A stretch of DNA of 63,687 bases, counting the filler, from Octopus bimaculoides (taxonomy: Eukaryota): assembly GCF_001194135.2 (NCBI RefSeq). It is 6 parts of 6 records of this genome, joined end to end, with 100 filler letters (N's around TTAATTAATTAA, not from the genome) between each part and the next. Parts side by side here need not be neighbours in the genome. Positions count along the whole stretch, not along the records: positions 40,310 to 55,929 come from NC_068996.1; positions 56,030 to 59,521 come from NC_068986.1; positions 59,622 to 62,057 come from NC_068995.1; positions 62,158 to 63,687 come from NC_068982.1; 2 more parts are not named here. One strand, written 5' to 3'. Both the position numbers and the translations under genes were made by a program. Below are positions 52,535 through 62,903 of this stretch, in pieces (position 1 is the first letter of the stretch; every line of letters starts with the position of its first letter). The notes under the pieces are model-generated. The model ran no database searches, was not told the origin of the DNA, and saw only the letters and a program-made list of their open reading frames with translations.

Positions 52535-53220
52535 GTGAAGCATAGTCATCCAAGTGTTTACCGAATCAACAGAGAGCAACGATAAACCTCTATAGTGAAG
52601 CACAGTCTGTCTTGTGTCTTCCGGATTAATAGAGAGAAAAGATAAACCACGTAAGTGAAACGGTCAGTTACGTGTCCGTCAAAGCAGTATAGAGAAAAGA
52701 AATACCTCTTTGGTGAACACGGTCATTTACATGACTGTCATGCCAAGAGAGAGAGAGAGGTGACGCAGAAGGGGAGAGAGGGTGAGATAGAGGGTGAGAG
52801 AGGGTGAGACAGAGGGAGAGAGAGGGTGAGACAGAGGGAGAGAGAGGTGGAGAGAGATAGGGAGGAGAGAGAGGAGTTGAGAGAGATGTTAAAACTATTT
52901 CATTGAAATATTCCGTTATGTGTCTGCTTTTGCAATAAAAGCATAGATAGACACACCTCGAGGAATACAGTCATCCACGTATCGCCCAGCTCAATACAGA
53001 GAAAAGAGAGAAACTTCTTTAGAGAATTATTCTCATGTCTACCGTGTCAATAGAGAGAGAAGTTAGACAATTTCAGTGGAATATGGCCACTCAAATGTTT
53101 GTCAAGTCTGCACAGAGAAAAGACAGATCTCCTTAGTGGAACAGAGGCGTTTATGTAACAATGGAGGAATAACACAGAGACCTTTTCAATTAAGTATAGC
53201 CATTCGCATGTCTAAAACTA
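52535..53220. repeat. ancient ~58-60 bp minisatellite interrupted by a (GA)-rich tract
   Basis: Units begin gtgaa at 52535, 52595, 52655 and 52713, each with ..gtca.. and agagaaaag..acct; more diverged units follow 52890. Confidence 0.65.
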
Positions 53221-53429
53221 AATGGAAATAAATATATGCATATACATACACTGATATAACAATTAAAACAACGTAGTGCTCAAGGTGACAAAGATTAAGA
53301 ACAACTCGGCGTTCCAGCCATGAACATCAAGTTGTCAGAAATGCTAAAAATATAAATATAGCTTACTTGTTTATAATTGTGACAGTAAGGATGCCTATGT
53401 ATTAATTTAAGAGAGCGTAAACTACTGTG

Positions 53430-54850
53430 GTGTAATATCTCTGATCGAATGCTATTATTCAGTCAAAGTTCCTATTTTTTATTTGTCGGCATTTTAATCT
53501 GTGATTTTGTCAGAACAAAAGAAAAGCATTTAATTTACGGTATTAATGCAAAAGAAAAGTTGGAAAATTAAATATTTTGATGATTTATTTGTTTCACATA
53601 ATTCCAAAGTTTCACTTAGTGGAATCAGTTTAATATTAGGATTTGGAATTTGTTGCCTTTGGATATTGAGTCTGTTTTTTAAGGTTAGTATCGTTTGTCC
53701 AATGTAATCTTCATCGCATCCGTTGCATCTTATACCGTAAATTAAATGCTTTGACTAACAGCTGATGTCATTTTTTTACATAAAAAAATATAGTGTGATT
53801 TAAACTTAAGTTGTTGCTTTCATGAGCTTGATAGGGTTCTGCAGCTTGGACTTTTTGACTATTGGTATTGCATTTTTAATGAGCAATATGATGGTGGTAA
53901 GAAATTTTTAGGGTTTGGTTGTTTATTGTTTTTTTTATTATTTTGTATATTTCGAGATCTTTTTCATTCTTGCATCTTGTTTCAATAATAGATTGTTTTA
54001 ATGGATAATATTGTATTTTTCTGTATTTCTGGTAGTCTACTGGGCGTATTTGAATTGCCTTTTGTCCTTGTAATTCTTGAATGCTTGTTGCTTTGGTACG
54101 ATCTGTTTCGTTTTAAATTAACATTGTTGGGTATTGTCATTCAAGTAGCATTTGTTTTAAGCCTTAGAGTCTTTTATTTCATGTGTCAAAATTCGAAGAG
54201 ATTGAGCATATTCTTCGTGCTAGATTAACGGTTATATTTGTTTTTGTAAGTTTTGGGAGAGACAAGCAGTAACTAGTAAGTATAGTTTATAGTTTGTAGT
54301 GGATGTTGGTTTTAATAGAAGTGTTCTTGTTTTTGATTATTAAAATATGCAGGAAGGGTAGTTGATGGTAACTGTGCTCTATTGTGAGCGGTAAATTGCT
54401 GTTCGTATCATTAATACGGGTTTCAAGTGATCAAGTTAGTCAAGACCATGGGCCCACAGAATTAGGTTATCATCCAAATAACATTTCCAATTTCCTAACA
54501 TATATTCATAGAAGATGATGCGATACTCTAATCTAGATTATTCATATATTTGGACTTCCAAGTATACCATGATTGAATTGGCGTAATTTGAGGTATCTTT
54601 CATTCCCATCACTGTCCCAGGTAGTTTGTAAACGCTATTGAAGTAGAAAAATTATTTTATCTGATAAATTTAATTCCTTCAATAATTACTTTTTTCTCTT
54701 TCTGGTCTGGGATTTCATTGTGGGATTTTTTAAAGCCATAATTCTATCAGTTATAGTCCATAGTCATGAGGAATATTAGTAATACCAGGAAGATTCAACT
54801 GAATGGACATTTAAACTTGTGTACACCAAAATTCAAAGATGTGAAATAAT
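53430..54850 (-). mobile_element. Penelope-like element (RT C-half + GIY-YIG), pseudogenised
   Basis: Minus: ..TNIPHDYGL.., GTVMGMK..NYANSIMVYLE, YLDD, LPFLHILI; then SKHLIYGIRCNGCDEDYIGQTILTLKNRLNIQRQQI...IPLSE.LELC. Confidence 0.9.
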
Positions 54851-55146
54851 TTGGTTAATTACAATACAGAAGAAATTGTGAATTATCTTCATTTTTTAAT
54901 TATTTTCCTTACTCTCGTTACTTATATATATATATATNNNNNNNNNNNNNNNNNNNNNNNNNNNNNNNNNNNNNNNNNNNNNNNNNNNNNNNNNNNNNNN
55001 NNNNNNNNNNNNNNNNNNNNNNNNNNNNNNNNNNNNNNNNNNNNATATATATAGGAGGGAGAATGTACGAAAAAAAACAACAGACGAGGACAGGTGGTGT
55101 AAACAACAGAAGGATGTATTAGTATGACGCTCGGGAATACGGAAAG

Positions 55147-55183
55147 TCTTTAACGTTTCGAGCTACGTTCTTCAACAGAAAGA
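55147..55183 (-). ncRNA. minimal hammerhead-like motif, A6U core variant
   Basis: Minus: TCTTT-CTGTTGA-A-GA(ACGTAGC)TC-GAA-ACGT-T-AAAGA; 5-bp stem I, palindromic ACGU stem III, GUU site. Confidence 0.5.
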
Positions 55184-55644
55184 ATATATACATATATATG
55201 TATGTTTGTATGTATATATAACGATTATCCCAAAATCTTTTCCTAGGGGAGAAAATGACAGTTGAAACAGAATAAGAGACTCTCTGTCAAAACCATAAAG
55301 CCCTACATATGTTAGACAAATAGAAAACTGACACCTTGTGACGTTCCTGCTTTTGTAAAGGTCTTTGCTAGCGTAAAATGGCAAATGGATGTCAAATTGT
55401 GAAACAGAAACGCATCGAGAAATTTGGTTTTAGCCAACTGATATTGATGGGGTTCATTATCGCTCTAGGTTCGTCATGGCTGGTCATTCCTGTAATGACC
55501 ATCACGATATTTTCTCAAAGTATTGTACCTGCAACTACATTATGCATTATGCAATGTATTGGAATGTGATTCCAAAAACATGTCGCTGTTATTTCTAATG
55601 TACCAAGCGATGTCTATATAGCTGAGCAAGGTAGTCGAATAACT

Positions 55645-55715
55645 GGTTGGCTGGTTGGTTGGCTGGTTGGTTGGTTGGTTGGCTGGTTGGCTGGTTGGCT
55701 GGTTGGTTGGTTAGC
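55645..55715. repeat. (GGTT/GGCT)n tetranucleotide repeat
   Basis: Direct reading. Confidence 0.9.
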
Positions 55716-55768
55716 CCGGAGGTTAGACTGCTAGATAGCAGCAGTCGTATGTATTAACAATGAAAATG

Positions 55769-55825
<57 letters not shown>

Positions 55826-56509
55826 TATATTTAAAAATTCCACAGAAGTTTGCAAGGTGGATAGTAGTAAATCCTTAATGAAAACAAGTGGTAATGTTTA
55901 TCGAGAATGTGCTGATCCCAGGGGTGCCTNNNNNNNNNNNNNNNNNNNNNNNNNNNNNNNNNNNNNNNNNNNNTTAATTAATTAANNNNNNNNNNNNNNN
56001 NNNNNNNNNNNNNNNNNNNNNNNNNNNNNTATATATATATATAAATCACATGCATGTGTGCACAGATATGAATATATATGTGTGTATGTGCATGAGTTAT
56101 ATATATATATATATAGGAATCCACTTCGACACCGAAGTGTTGCGTTCTTAAAAAGATTATTGTGATGCGAAATTCCGTAACGCAAAACTCTTTCCCACCA
56201 CTTATTTGCGTAATATATATCATAGTGCATCGTGACAATTCCCCTTCCTCACAAAATGTCAAGTAAAGAAATAATGATAAGAGAAGTAATACAAACGTAT
56301 TCGTCCTTGAAAATATCAATTTTAAACAGGCAACACTGTATGCGGTCATATAAACATTTGGAGAAAAATGCATTCCGGAATAAATGAGAATGCAGTGATG
56401 TAGGATAAGTATTTACCAAAGAAGTTGGTTACTGGGTTGTCAAGAACATTGAGGCAACACACAAAAGTAATCGATAGGGAAGTTAAACCTACAGTAAGAG
56501 ACTTCTCTT

Positions 56510-56744
56510 TTACTCTTTTACTTGTTTCAGTCATTTGACTGCGGCCATGCTGGAGCACCGCCTTTAGTCGAGAAAATCGACCCCAGGACTTATTCTTTGT
56601 AAGCCTAGTACTTATTCTATCGGTCTCTTTTGCCGAACCGCTAAGTTACAGGGACTTAAACACACCAGTTACGCACTGGGGTCGATGTAATCGACTTAAT
56701 CCCTTTGTCTGTCCTTGTTTGTTCCCTCTATGTTTAGCCCCTTG
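56510..56744. mobile_element. SINE family B 3' half (-, 56510-56668) fused to a family A tail (+, 56668-56744)
   Basis: cttgtttcagtcatttgactgcggccatgctggagcaccgcc...ctaagttacagggac, then accagttacgcactggggtcgatgtaatcgac. Confidence 0.85.
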
Positions 56745-57088
56745 NNNNNNNNNNNNNNNNNNNNNNNNNNNNNNNNNNNNNNNNNNNNNNNNNNNNNNNN
56801 NNNNNNNNNNNNNNNNNNNNNNNNNNNNNNNNNNNNNNNNNNNNNNNNNNNNNNNNNNNNNNNNNNNNNNNNNNNNNNNNNNNNNNNNNNNNNNNNNNNN
56901 NNNNNNNNNNNNNNNNNNNNNNNNNNNNNNNNNNNNNNNNNNNNNNNNNNNTCTCATTCCTAACGATGTTACTATTATTATATTATTATTATTATTACTA
57001 TTATTAATCAGGTCGCTGCCGTGAATCGAACTCGGAACCTAATAGTAACATCGTTAGGAATGAGAAACCAGGTTCGAAATTTCCCCAA

Positions 57089-57134
57089 GACACCTGACGA
57101 AGGCTGGAGGGTATATCAGCCGAAACGTTGTGTT
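57089..57134 (+). ncRNA. minimal type I hammerhead ribozyme inside a short retroposon
   Basis: GACAC-CTGACGA-A-GGCTG(GAGGGTATAT)CAGCC-GAA-ACGT-T-GTGTT: 5-bp stem I, 5-bp stem II, palindromic ACGU stem III, GUU site. This is the architecture described for dimeric Penelope-associated hammerheads. Confidence 0.75.
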
Positions 57135-57795
57135 GACAACAAACAAGATGAGGACAAATATCCGTCAAATGTAAATGATGTAAATAATGTGTATGATTAA
57201 AGTTAGTTGCAACATTTCGGTCAGTTGAACTGCTGCATGCATAAACAAATTAGAAAGAGAAGAAGGTATAGTTAGGTGTTGGGACGAATGCCGAAAACAA
57301 GGAAAAGCAAGGTCAGTTGAATTGATGCACGGACAAAAGAAGGCTGGGGTGAAGTGGGCGAGTGGATGGAAAAGAATGTTGCGTAGTTGTAACAATAGGA
57401 ACCAATGGTTTCATTATCATCCATTGTCCACCAACCTCGTAGCCAATAATTCTCTTGTGTCTTGTCATCTGAAAAGCAGGAAGGTTCTTGAGTCAGCAGC
57501 ACATGCGGCAACTGCAACAGTGAGACAGTGGCGGTGTTGAGGTATTAGAAGGCAACACGGAACTTCTTAAGTGTTCATCGACATACTAGAAATATCAGTA
57601 ATCTAACTGAAATCACACCTTACCGTCCTAAACAATGAAAGATATTTTAGATTGTTCAGTTTTAGATATCCTAAATTTGGGAAAGAGACGGGATAGAGCA
57701 AATGGAAAAATTTTGAGTATAATTTTGCTGGATCATGACTGACTTGCCTCTACATAACGATAATAATAAAAAGAGCAAGAAATAGGCACCAACAC

Positions 57796-57855
57796 CAGCA
57801 GCAGCAGCAACAGCAGCAGTAGCAACAGCAGCAGCAGCAGCAGCAGCAACAGTAA
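57796..57855. repeat. (CAG/CAA)n repeat
   Basis: Direct reading; tail-adjacent to a family C SINE. Confidence 0.9.
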
Positions 57856-57876
57856 CAAGGTAGATACAACTTCAAT

Positions 57877-58132
57877 GTTGTTGGCACTCCGTCGCTTACG
57901 ACGTCGAGGGTTCCAGGTGATCCGATCAACAGAACAGCCTGCTCGTGAAAATAACGTGCAAGTGGGTGAGTACTCCACAGACACATGTACCCTTAACGCA
58001 GTTCTCGGGGATATTCAGCGTGACACAGTGTGACAAGGCTGAGCCTTCGAATTACAGGCACAACAGAAACAGGAAGTGAGAGTGAGAGAAAGTTTTGGTG
58101 AAAGAGTACAGCAGGGTTCGCCACTATCCCCT
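57877..58132 (-). mobile_element. SINE family C (head in gap)
   Basis: Near-identical to 47292-47545: gttggcactccgtcgcttacgac...gagtacagcagggtt. Confidence 0.92.
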
Positions 58133-58546
58133 NNNNNNNNNNNNNNNNNNNNNNNNNNNNNNNNNNNNNNNNNNNNNNNNNNNNNNNNNNNNNNNNNNNN
58201 NNNNNNNNNNNNNNNNNNNNNNNNNNNNNNNNNNNNNNNNNNNNNNNNNNNNNNNNNNNNNNNNNNNNNNNNNNNNNNNNNNNNNNNNNNNNNNNNNNNN
58301 NNNNNNNNNNNNNNNNNNNNNNNNNNNNNNNNNNNNNNNNNNNNNNNNNNNNNNNNNNNNNNNNNNNNNNNNNNNNNNNNNNNNNNAATTCCATAATCAA
58401 GGCAACACAAAACCTACTCCAAGACCAGTTTTCAGAATATGTATGTTTGTTGTCAGTTATCTTCCAATATAGATATTTCATCATTCAATATTTTTGTGAA
58501 ATATTTTGAGATAATTATGAAGCAATGCTTTCTTTTTATTTTCTAG

Positions 58547-58585
58547 AATCCCGCGAAAAAGGTTATCAAGGTTTCTACGTTCCAA
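58547..58585 (+). CDS. iGluR-like gene, exon at the ATD-S1 junction (39 nt)
   Basis: tctttttattttctag|AAT...CAA|gtaagt; NPAKKVIKVSTFQ, phase 0-0; equivalent to iGluR 'N.TL.VTTIL|E.P(F/Y).M'. Confidence 0.75.
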
Positions 58586-59089
58586 GTAAGTGTTTTTCAT
58601 TGTCTCTTGTCCGGGTACTAAAATAATTTATCACTTCTGATGGATTGCCTACCTAATTAAGAATATTGTCACTATTCATACGTCTATTAATATTCAAATT
58701 AATATAAAATGTTTGTTATTTACATCAGAAACCAATATAAAAGTTTTTCATTCTATAAGATTTATACGAAAGAAGCAGAAAACTTAGTAACTTAATAAAT
58801 CTTAAAGAAGAATACTTCTGGCTGGAGGTGGTTGATTATTATTGTTGTTGTTTAGTTCCAGGTCAACCCTGACCAAGCGGACCTTGGATCGAAGGCATTC
58901 TAGCCTTGATCATCCAGATTTTTCTCTAATATCTAATATATAGGATTACCTTGTCTAATGCTTCCTCTTATCAAGACGGTATGATATGATCCGAAGATTT
59001 CATAGTTTTTTTCTAATAGATCGGGCGAACGAAGTGTGAATCCTTTGTTAGCAACCGACTGATAGGTTAAGTACCAAGCTTGTTCTATT

Positions 59090-59160
59090 CGTTCAATTAA
59101 AAACCTTTTAAGGCGGTGCCCCAGCATGACCGCACTGCAATGACTAAAACATGTAAGTAT
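59090..59160 (+). mobile_element. SINE family B 3' end
   Basis: aaggcggtgccccagcatgaccgcactgcaatgactaaaacatgtaag. Confidence 0.7.
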
Positions 59161-59428
59161 GACGCTTATGAGTTTAAGCAATAATGGCGCCTTCATGCTG
59201 CTAATGTTTCATCGTTTTATTTTTCAGCTACCAAAAGGGTTTAAATCAAAGCACATTGTGCGTTTGTTAACGAAACGTTTACCAAGACTACAAATCGGAG
59301 GTTATCTGCTGCTTCCTGTACATTATCACCCATGTAACTGACAAATTAGGTGGCGTTTACATAGTTCTGTGTCTTTTTACCCGACAATTTTATATTCTTA
59401 CTTAACGGGTTGTTTTTGTTTTCTCCAG

Positions 59429-59742
59429 ATACCTCCCTTTTACATGGAAGAAACACATGGAAGCGGAAGAGAACAGCATGGCTATATAGTTGACATGTTA
59501 GCTGAGATGGCTCCATTAATGNNNNNNNNNNNNNNNNNNNNNNNNNNNNNNNNNNNNNNNNNNNNTTAATTAATTAANNNNNNNNNNNNNNNNNNNNNNN
59601 NNNNNNNNNNNNNNNNNNNNNAGAATATAATATAAACGTCTCGTCCCAACAAAAGCCAAAACATAATATAAAGATGGCAAAGTCTAAAACTATAAAAGAT
59701 GGATATAGTGATGCTGCACGGCTGCTATTTCTCATGGAATTG
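59429..59742 (+). CDS. iGluR/IR-like gene, S1 ligand-binding-domain exon (spans a 100-nt gap)
   Basis: tgtttttgttttctccag|IPPFYMEETHGSGREQHGYIVDMLAEMAPLM [gap] EYNINVSSQQKPKHNIKMAKSKTIKDGYSDAARLLFLMEL|gtgaga. Matches the S1 pattern 'PF.M....(E/H)G(Y/F)..D(L/M)L.E.A..L.F.Y.I'. Confidence 0.8.
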
Positions 59743-59758
59743 GTGAGATCTTATTTAC

Positions 59759-59930
59759 AGGCGCAGGAGTGGCTGTGTGGCAAGTAGCTTGCTTACCAAC
59801 CACATGGTTCCGGGTTCAGTCCCATTGCGTGGCATCTTGGGAAAGTGTCTTCTACGCTAGCCTCGGGGGGACCAAAGCCTTGTGAGTGGATTTGGTAGAC
59901 GGAAACTGAAAGAAGCCCGTCGTATATATG

Positions 59931-59961
<31 letters not shown>

Positions 59962-60175
59962 TTGTGTGTCTATGTTTGTCCCCCAAGCAGTGCTTGACAA
60001 CCGATGCTGGTGTGCTTATGTCCCCGTCACTTAGCGGTTCGGCAAAAGGGAGCGATAGAATAAGTACTAGGCTTACAAAGAATAAGTCCCGGGGTCGATT
60101 TGCTCGACTAAAGGCGGTGCTCCAGCATGGCCACAGTTAAATGACTGAAACAAGTAAAAGAGTAAAGAGTAAAAG
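59759..60175 (+). mobile_element. SINE family B, full length, 16 nt downstream of the S1 exon donor
   Basis: Same structure as 46015-46412. Confidence 0.93.
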
Positions 60176-60203
60176 AGTACAGTTACACATGTCATTTCTA
60201 CAG

Positions 60204-60279
60204 ACAAGATATTCTGTATTACCATATATATCTACTGATATTTTTATAGTTGGCCATAAGATTTATGAAAGAAAGAATG
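60204..60279 (+). CDS. iGluR-like gene, possible next S1 exon
   Basis: gtcatttctacag|TRYSVLPYISTDIFIVGHKIYERKN g|gtaatc; phase 0 start fits. It would place an Arg 12 residues after 'D' as in 'DLAVAPL.IT..R', followed by a 'P(F/Y)....I.I' like stretch. Confidence 0.35.
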
Positions 60280-61009
60280 GTAATCTAAAGCCCTAATGTT
60301 ATAAGCTCCCGTTGCCATTCCGACTAAGATTAGTGTCCCAGGCACTCAGCCTGAATAGATTCTGTGATCTTTTCTAATCTTACACGTTAGGATATTTCGT
60401 TATTATTTTATTGGAAATTAATTGTTGTCCGTTAACCCGAGTGCCACAATAAAAGGGATCCAGTACAATTCGATAAAATGTACCCGGTGCACCCCTATGA
60501 AATGCATATAGTGCAATACATTAAAATGCAATTAAAATGCATGCAATTCACTTCAAGGAAATTCAGCCGGTGCACTACAATAAATGCACCCAATATACCA
60601 CGATAAGATAGAAAATTCATCCATCGTTTGGACGCATCCAGTACAATCACAATGACATGTAACCTGGACATCACTTATAAATGTAAGTGGTACACCCGGA
60701 TAAAACGTAAATAACACACTACGATAAAACGGGACTATTTTGCACACTCTAAAAAAGTGTTTTGAGTGTTTAACGAACGAGTGGAGATAGCGTAGAGTTG
60801 AGAGGAACCTTTGATTTTATCGCGGACTTCACAACCATTCTAGTGTAGGTGCAACGAAAACCACACCTAGTAAACTAGGTAAAATGATTGGAGATAGGAA
60901 GGTTGGGAACCCGTTAGTATTTTCTTTGGGTTGAGTAGCCCATTCCGTTGAAAAGGTCCTTGAATAAGGGTTGTTTATGGATGTTGAACGAAACACCCAT
61001 GTTTCCAAG

Positions 61010-61285
61010 GGTGAATTATCATAATCCCACAGAATTCCTCTCAACACATGGCTATGATGCTTCCCACTACTTCTGCCCATGATCAGAGATGCACATATTG
61101 TAAGCCACCAAGGGACATGCTCGACTGGTTAAGGTCAAACAACTGACAAGCAAATCTGTGGTATTGAGCAAAATATTTGCTGTAGCCCATCTTTTATACC
61201 AAGACAAAACAATGTACATGGTAGTAATTCCAATCAGTTAAGATCAGAAGCCATGAGAGCCACTGCCTGATATTGCATCAGGGCA
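61010..61285. repeat. probable interspersed repeat, unclassified
   Basis: GC-richer, non-coding block ending in (TAT)n; no second copy in the window. Confidence 0.3.
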
Positions 61286-61311
61286 TTTATTATTATTATT
61301 ATTATTATTGT

Positions 61312-61476
61312 TCAGTAGTTTTATTTTTATAACGTGCTTTCACTTCACTACCGAGCGCAGCTCTGTGCGCCTTGGGTATGTGCTGTGGTTTGCTGTGGTG
61401 CTCTTATGTTTACTGTATTGAAAGTGTTTTGCGTAGAATGTGTGCAGTACCCAGTAGTGCAATTTTCTGTATGTTA

Positions 61477-61483
<7 letters not shown>
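61312..61483 (-). mobile_element. 3' end of an R4-like LINE with (AAT)n tail
   Basis: Minus: IQKIALLGTAHILRKTLSIQ*, then a 3' UTR and aataataat. Confidence 0.8.
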
Positions 61484-61531
<48 letters not shown>

Positions 61532-61580
61532 TTTATCATCATCATCATCATCATCACCATCACTATCATCGTCGTCATCG

Positions 61581-61674
<94 letters not shown>

Positions 61675-61675
61675 C
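61477..61675. repeat. compound (TAT)n(CAT)n(TAT)n(TAG)n microsatellite
   Basis: Direct reading. Confidence 0.95.
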
Positions 61676-62157
61676 TACTGCCATAAAACCGTTATGTCAG
61701 TCGCTGTCACAACGTTGCTTGCATTTTTAACCCCTGCAACCTGCGCCATGGCTACTACGTTTCACCATTGTAAAACTGCAAATCCAAGAATTGTCTTCAT
61801 GCTTGGAAACAATTATCAGCAGTAGAACCAGCACCTCAACGACAAGACAACCCCTAAAACACAACCGATACAATCATTATTATTAGCACTTCTGTAACTG
61901 TCACCACCACCACCACAACAACAACAACAACAACAGCAACATGGCCACCACCCTCAACAGCACGACCAACACCAACACCACCATCAGCACTAATAACACC
62001 AGCAACGCACTGCCTCCCTAGTACCACCACTACCATCATCACCACCACCACCACCACNNNNNNNNNNNNNNNNNNNNNNNNNNNNNNNNNNNNNNNNNNN
62101 NTTAATTAATTAANNNNNNNNNNNNNNNNNNNNNNNNNNNNNNNNNNNNNNNNNNNN

Positions 62158-62202
<45 letters not shown>

Positions 62203-62224
62203 GTATGTACATACATACATACAC

Positions 62225-62375
62225 GATAAGCTTCTTTCATTTCCCGTCTACCAGATCTATTCACAAAGCTTTGGTCAATTAAGGTCTCTAGTAGAAGACA
62301 CTGCTATGCAGTGGATGTGAACGCAGGACCACTTTGTTGGGAAGCAAGCTACTCAACCGCACAGCCACGCCCGCA
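62225..62375 (-). mobile_element. SINE family B 5' half
   Basis: cttctttcatttcccgtctaccagatctattcacaaagc...agaagacact...caaccgcacagccacgcc. Confidence 0.82.
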
Positions 62376-62858
62376 TCAGAAATTTTGATTTTTATGTCTT
62401 GCACCCCCTCTTCCCTCACTTTTCTGTAAATAGGCTTTTAGAGTAGAGATAGAAAAGACAAGAGACACGGAATTGCTCTGCTGCAGATCAGATACTGGAG
62501 TGTGTCCATTAATGAGGCAATGCCAATCAGTTTGGAGCAAATGCTTTTGGAATCTTATATTCAATTGATCTGGAACTTGTTACAAGCCTTAACCGCCACA
62601 CTGTCAAGGGTGACTGAACACCCCCCCCCCCACACACACACGACTTAACTTTCTGAATAGAGAGATAAAATACTTATCAGTTTTGTTGTTCATATTAAGC
62701 AGTCGATGACCTGAGTCAGAGCTGGTGGCATTGGACGACGTTTATCAGTCAACAATATCAGTGAATACCATTCATTGAGTACATGGACGGTACATTTTGT
62801 TGTATGTCTGTGAGCGAATACAGGTGTATGTGTGTATGTGTGTACGTCTGTATATGTG

Positions 62859-62903
<45 letters not shown>

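Noticed and set aside
56330-56500. CGHI.. and EVGYW motifs resembling the end of an ATD
   Set aside because: They lie in different frames with intervening stops and no compatible splice phase to 58547.
16086-58484. Long ORF-track calls (e.g. 16127-17008, 23622-24458, 37603-38592, 40597-41361)
   Set aside because: They are made of N-gaps and (TA)/(TG)/(GAA) microsatellites.
61334-61825. Hydrophobic ORF (PWVCAVVCCGALMFTVL; LLAFLTP) as a possible M1 segment
   Set aside because: The first part is the antisense of a LINE 3' end, and the second lacks the following Trp and hydrophobic helix.
25145-62113. TTAATTAATTAA embedded in the middle of ~100-nt N-gaps (near 25145, 40254, 55974, 59566, 62102)
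   Set aside because: Identical context in every case and stop codons in all six frames; an assembly spacer, not biology.
62431-62610. Open frame with LIWNLLQAL, M2-like
   Set aside because: No M1 exon identified before it and the similarity is weak.
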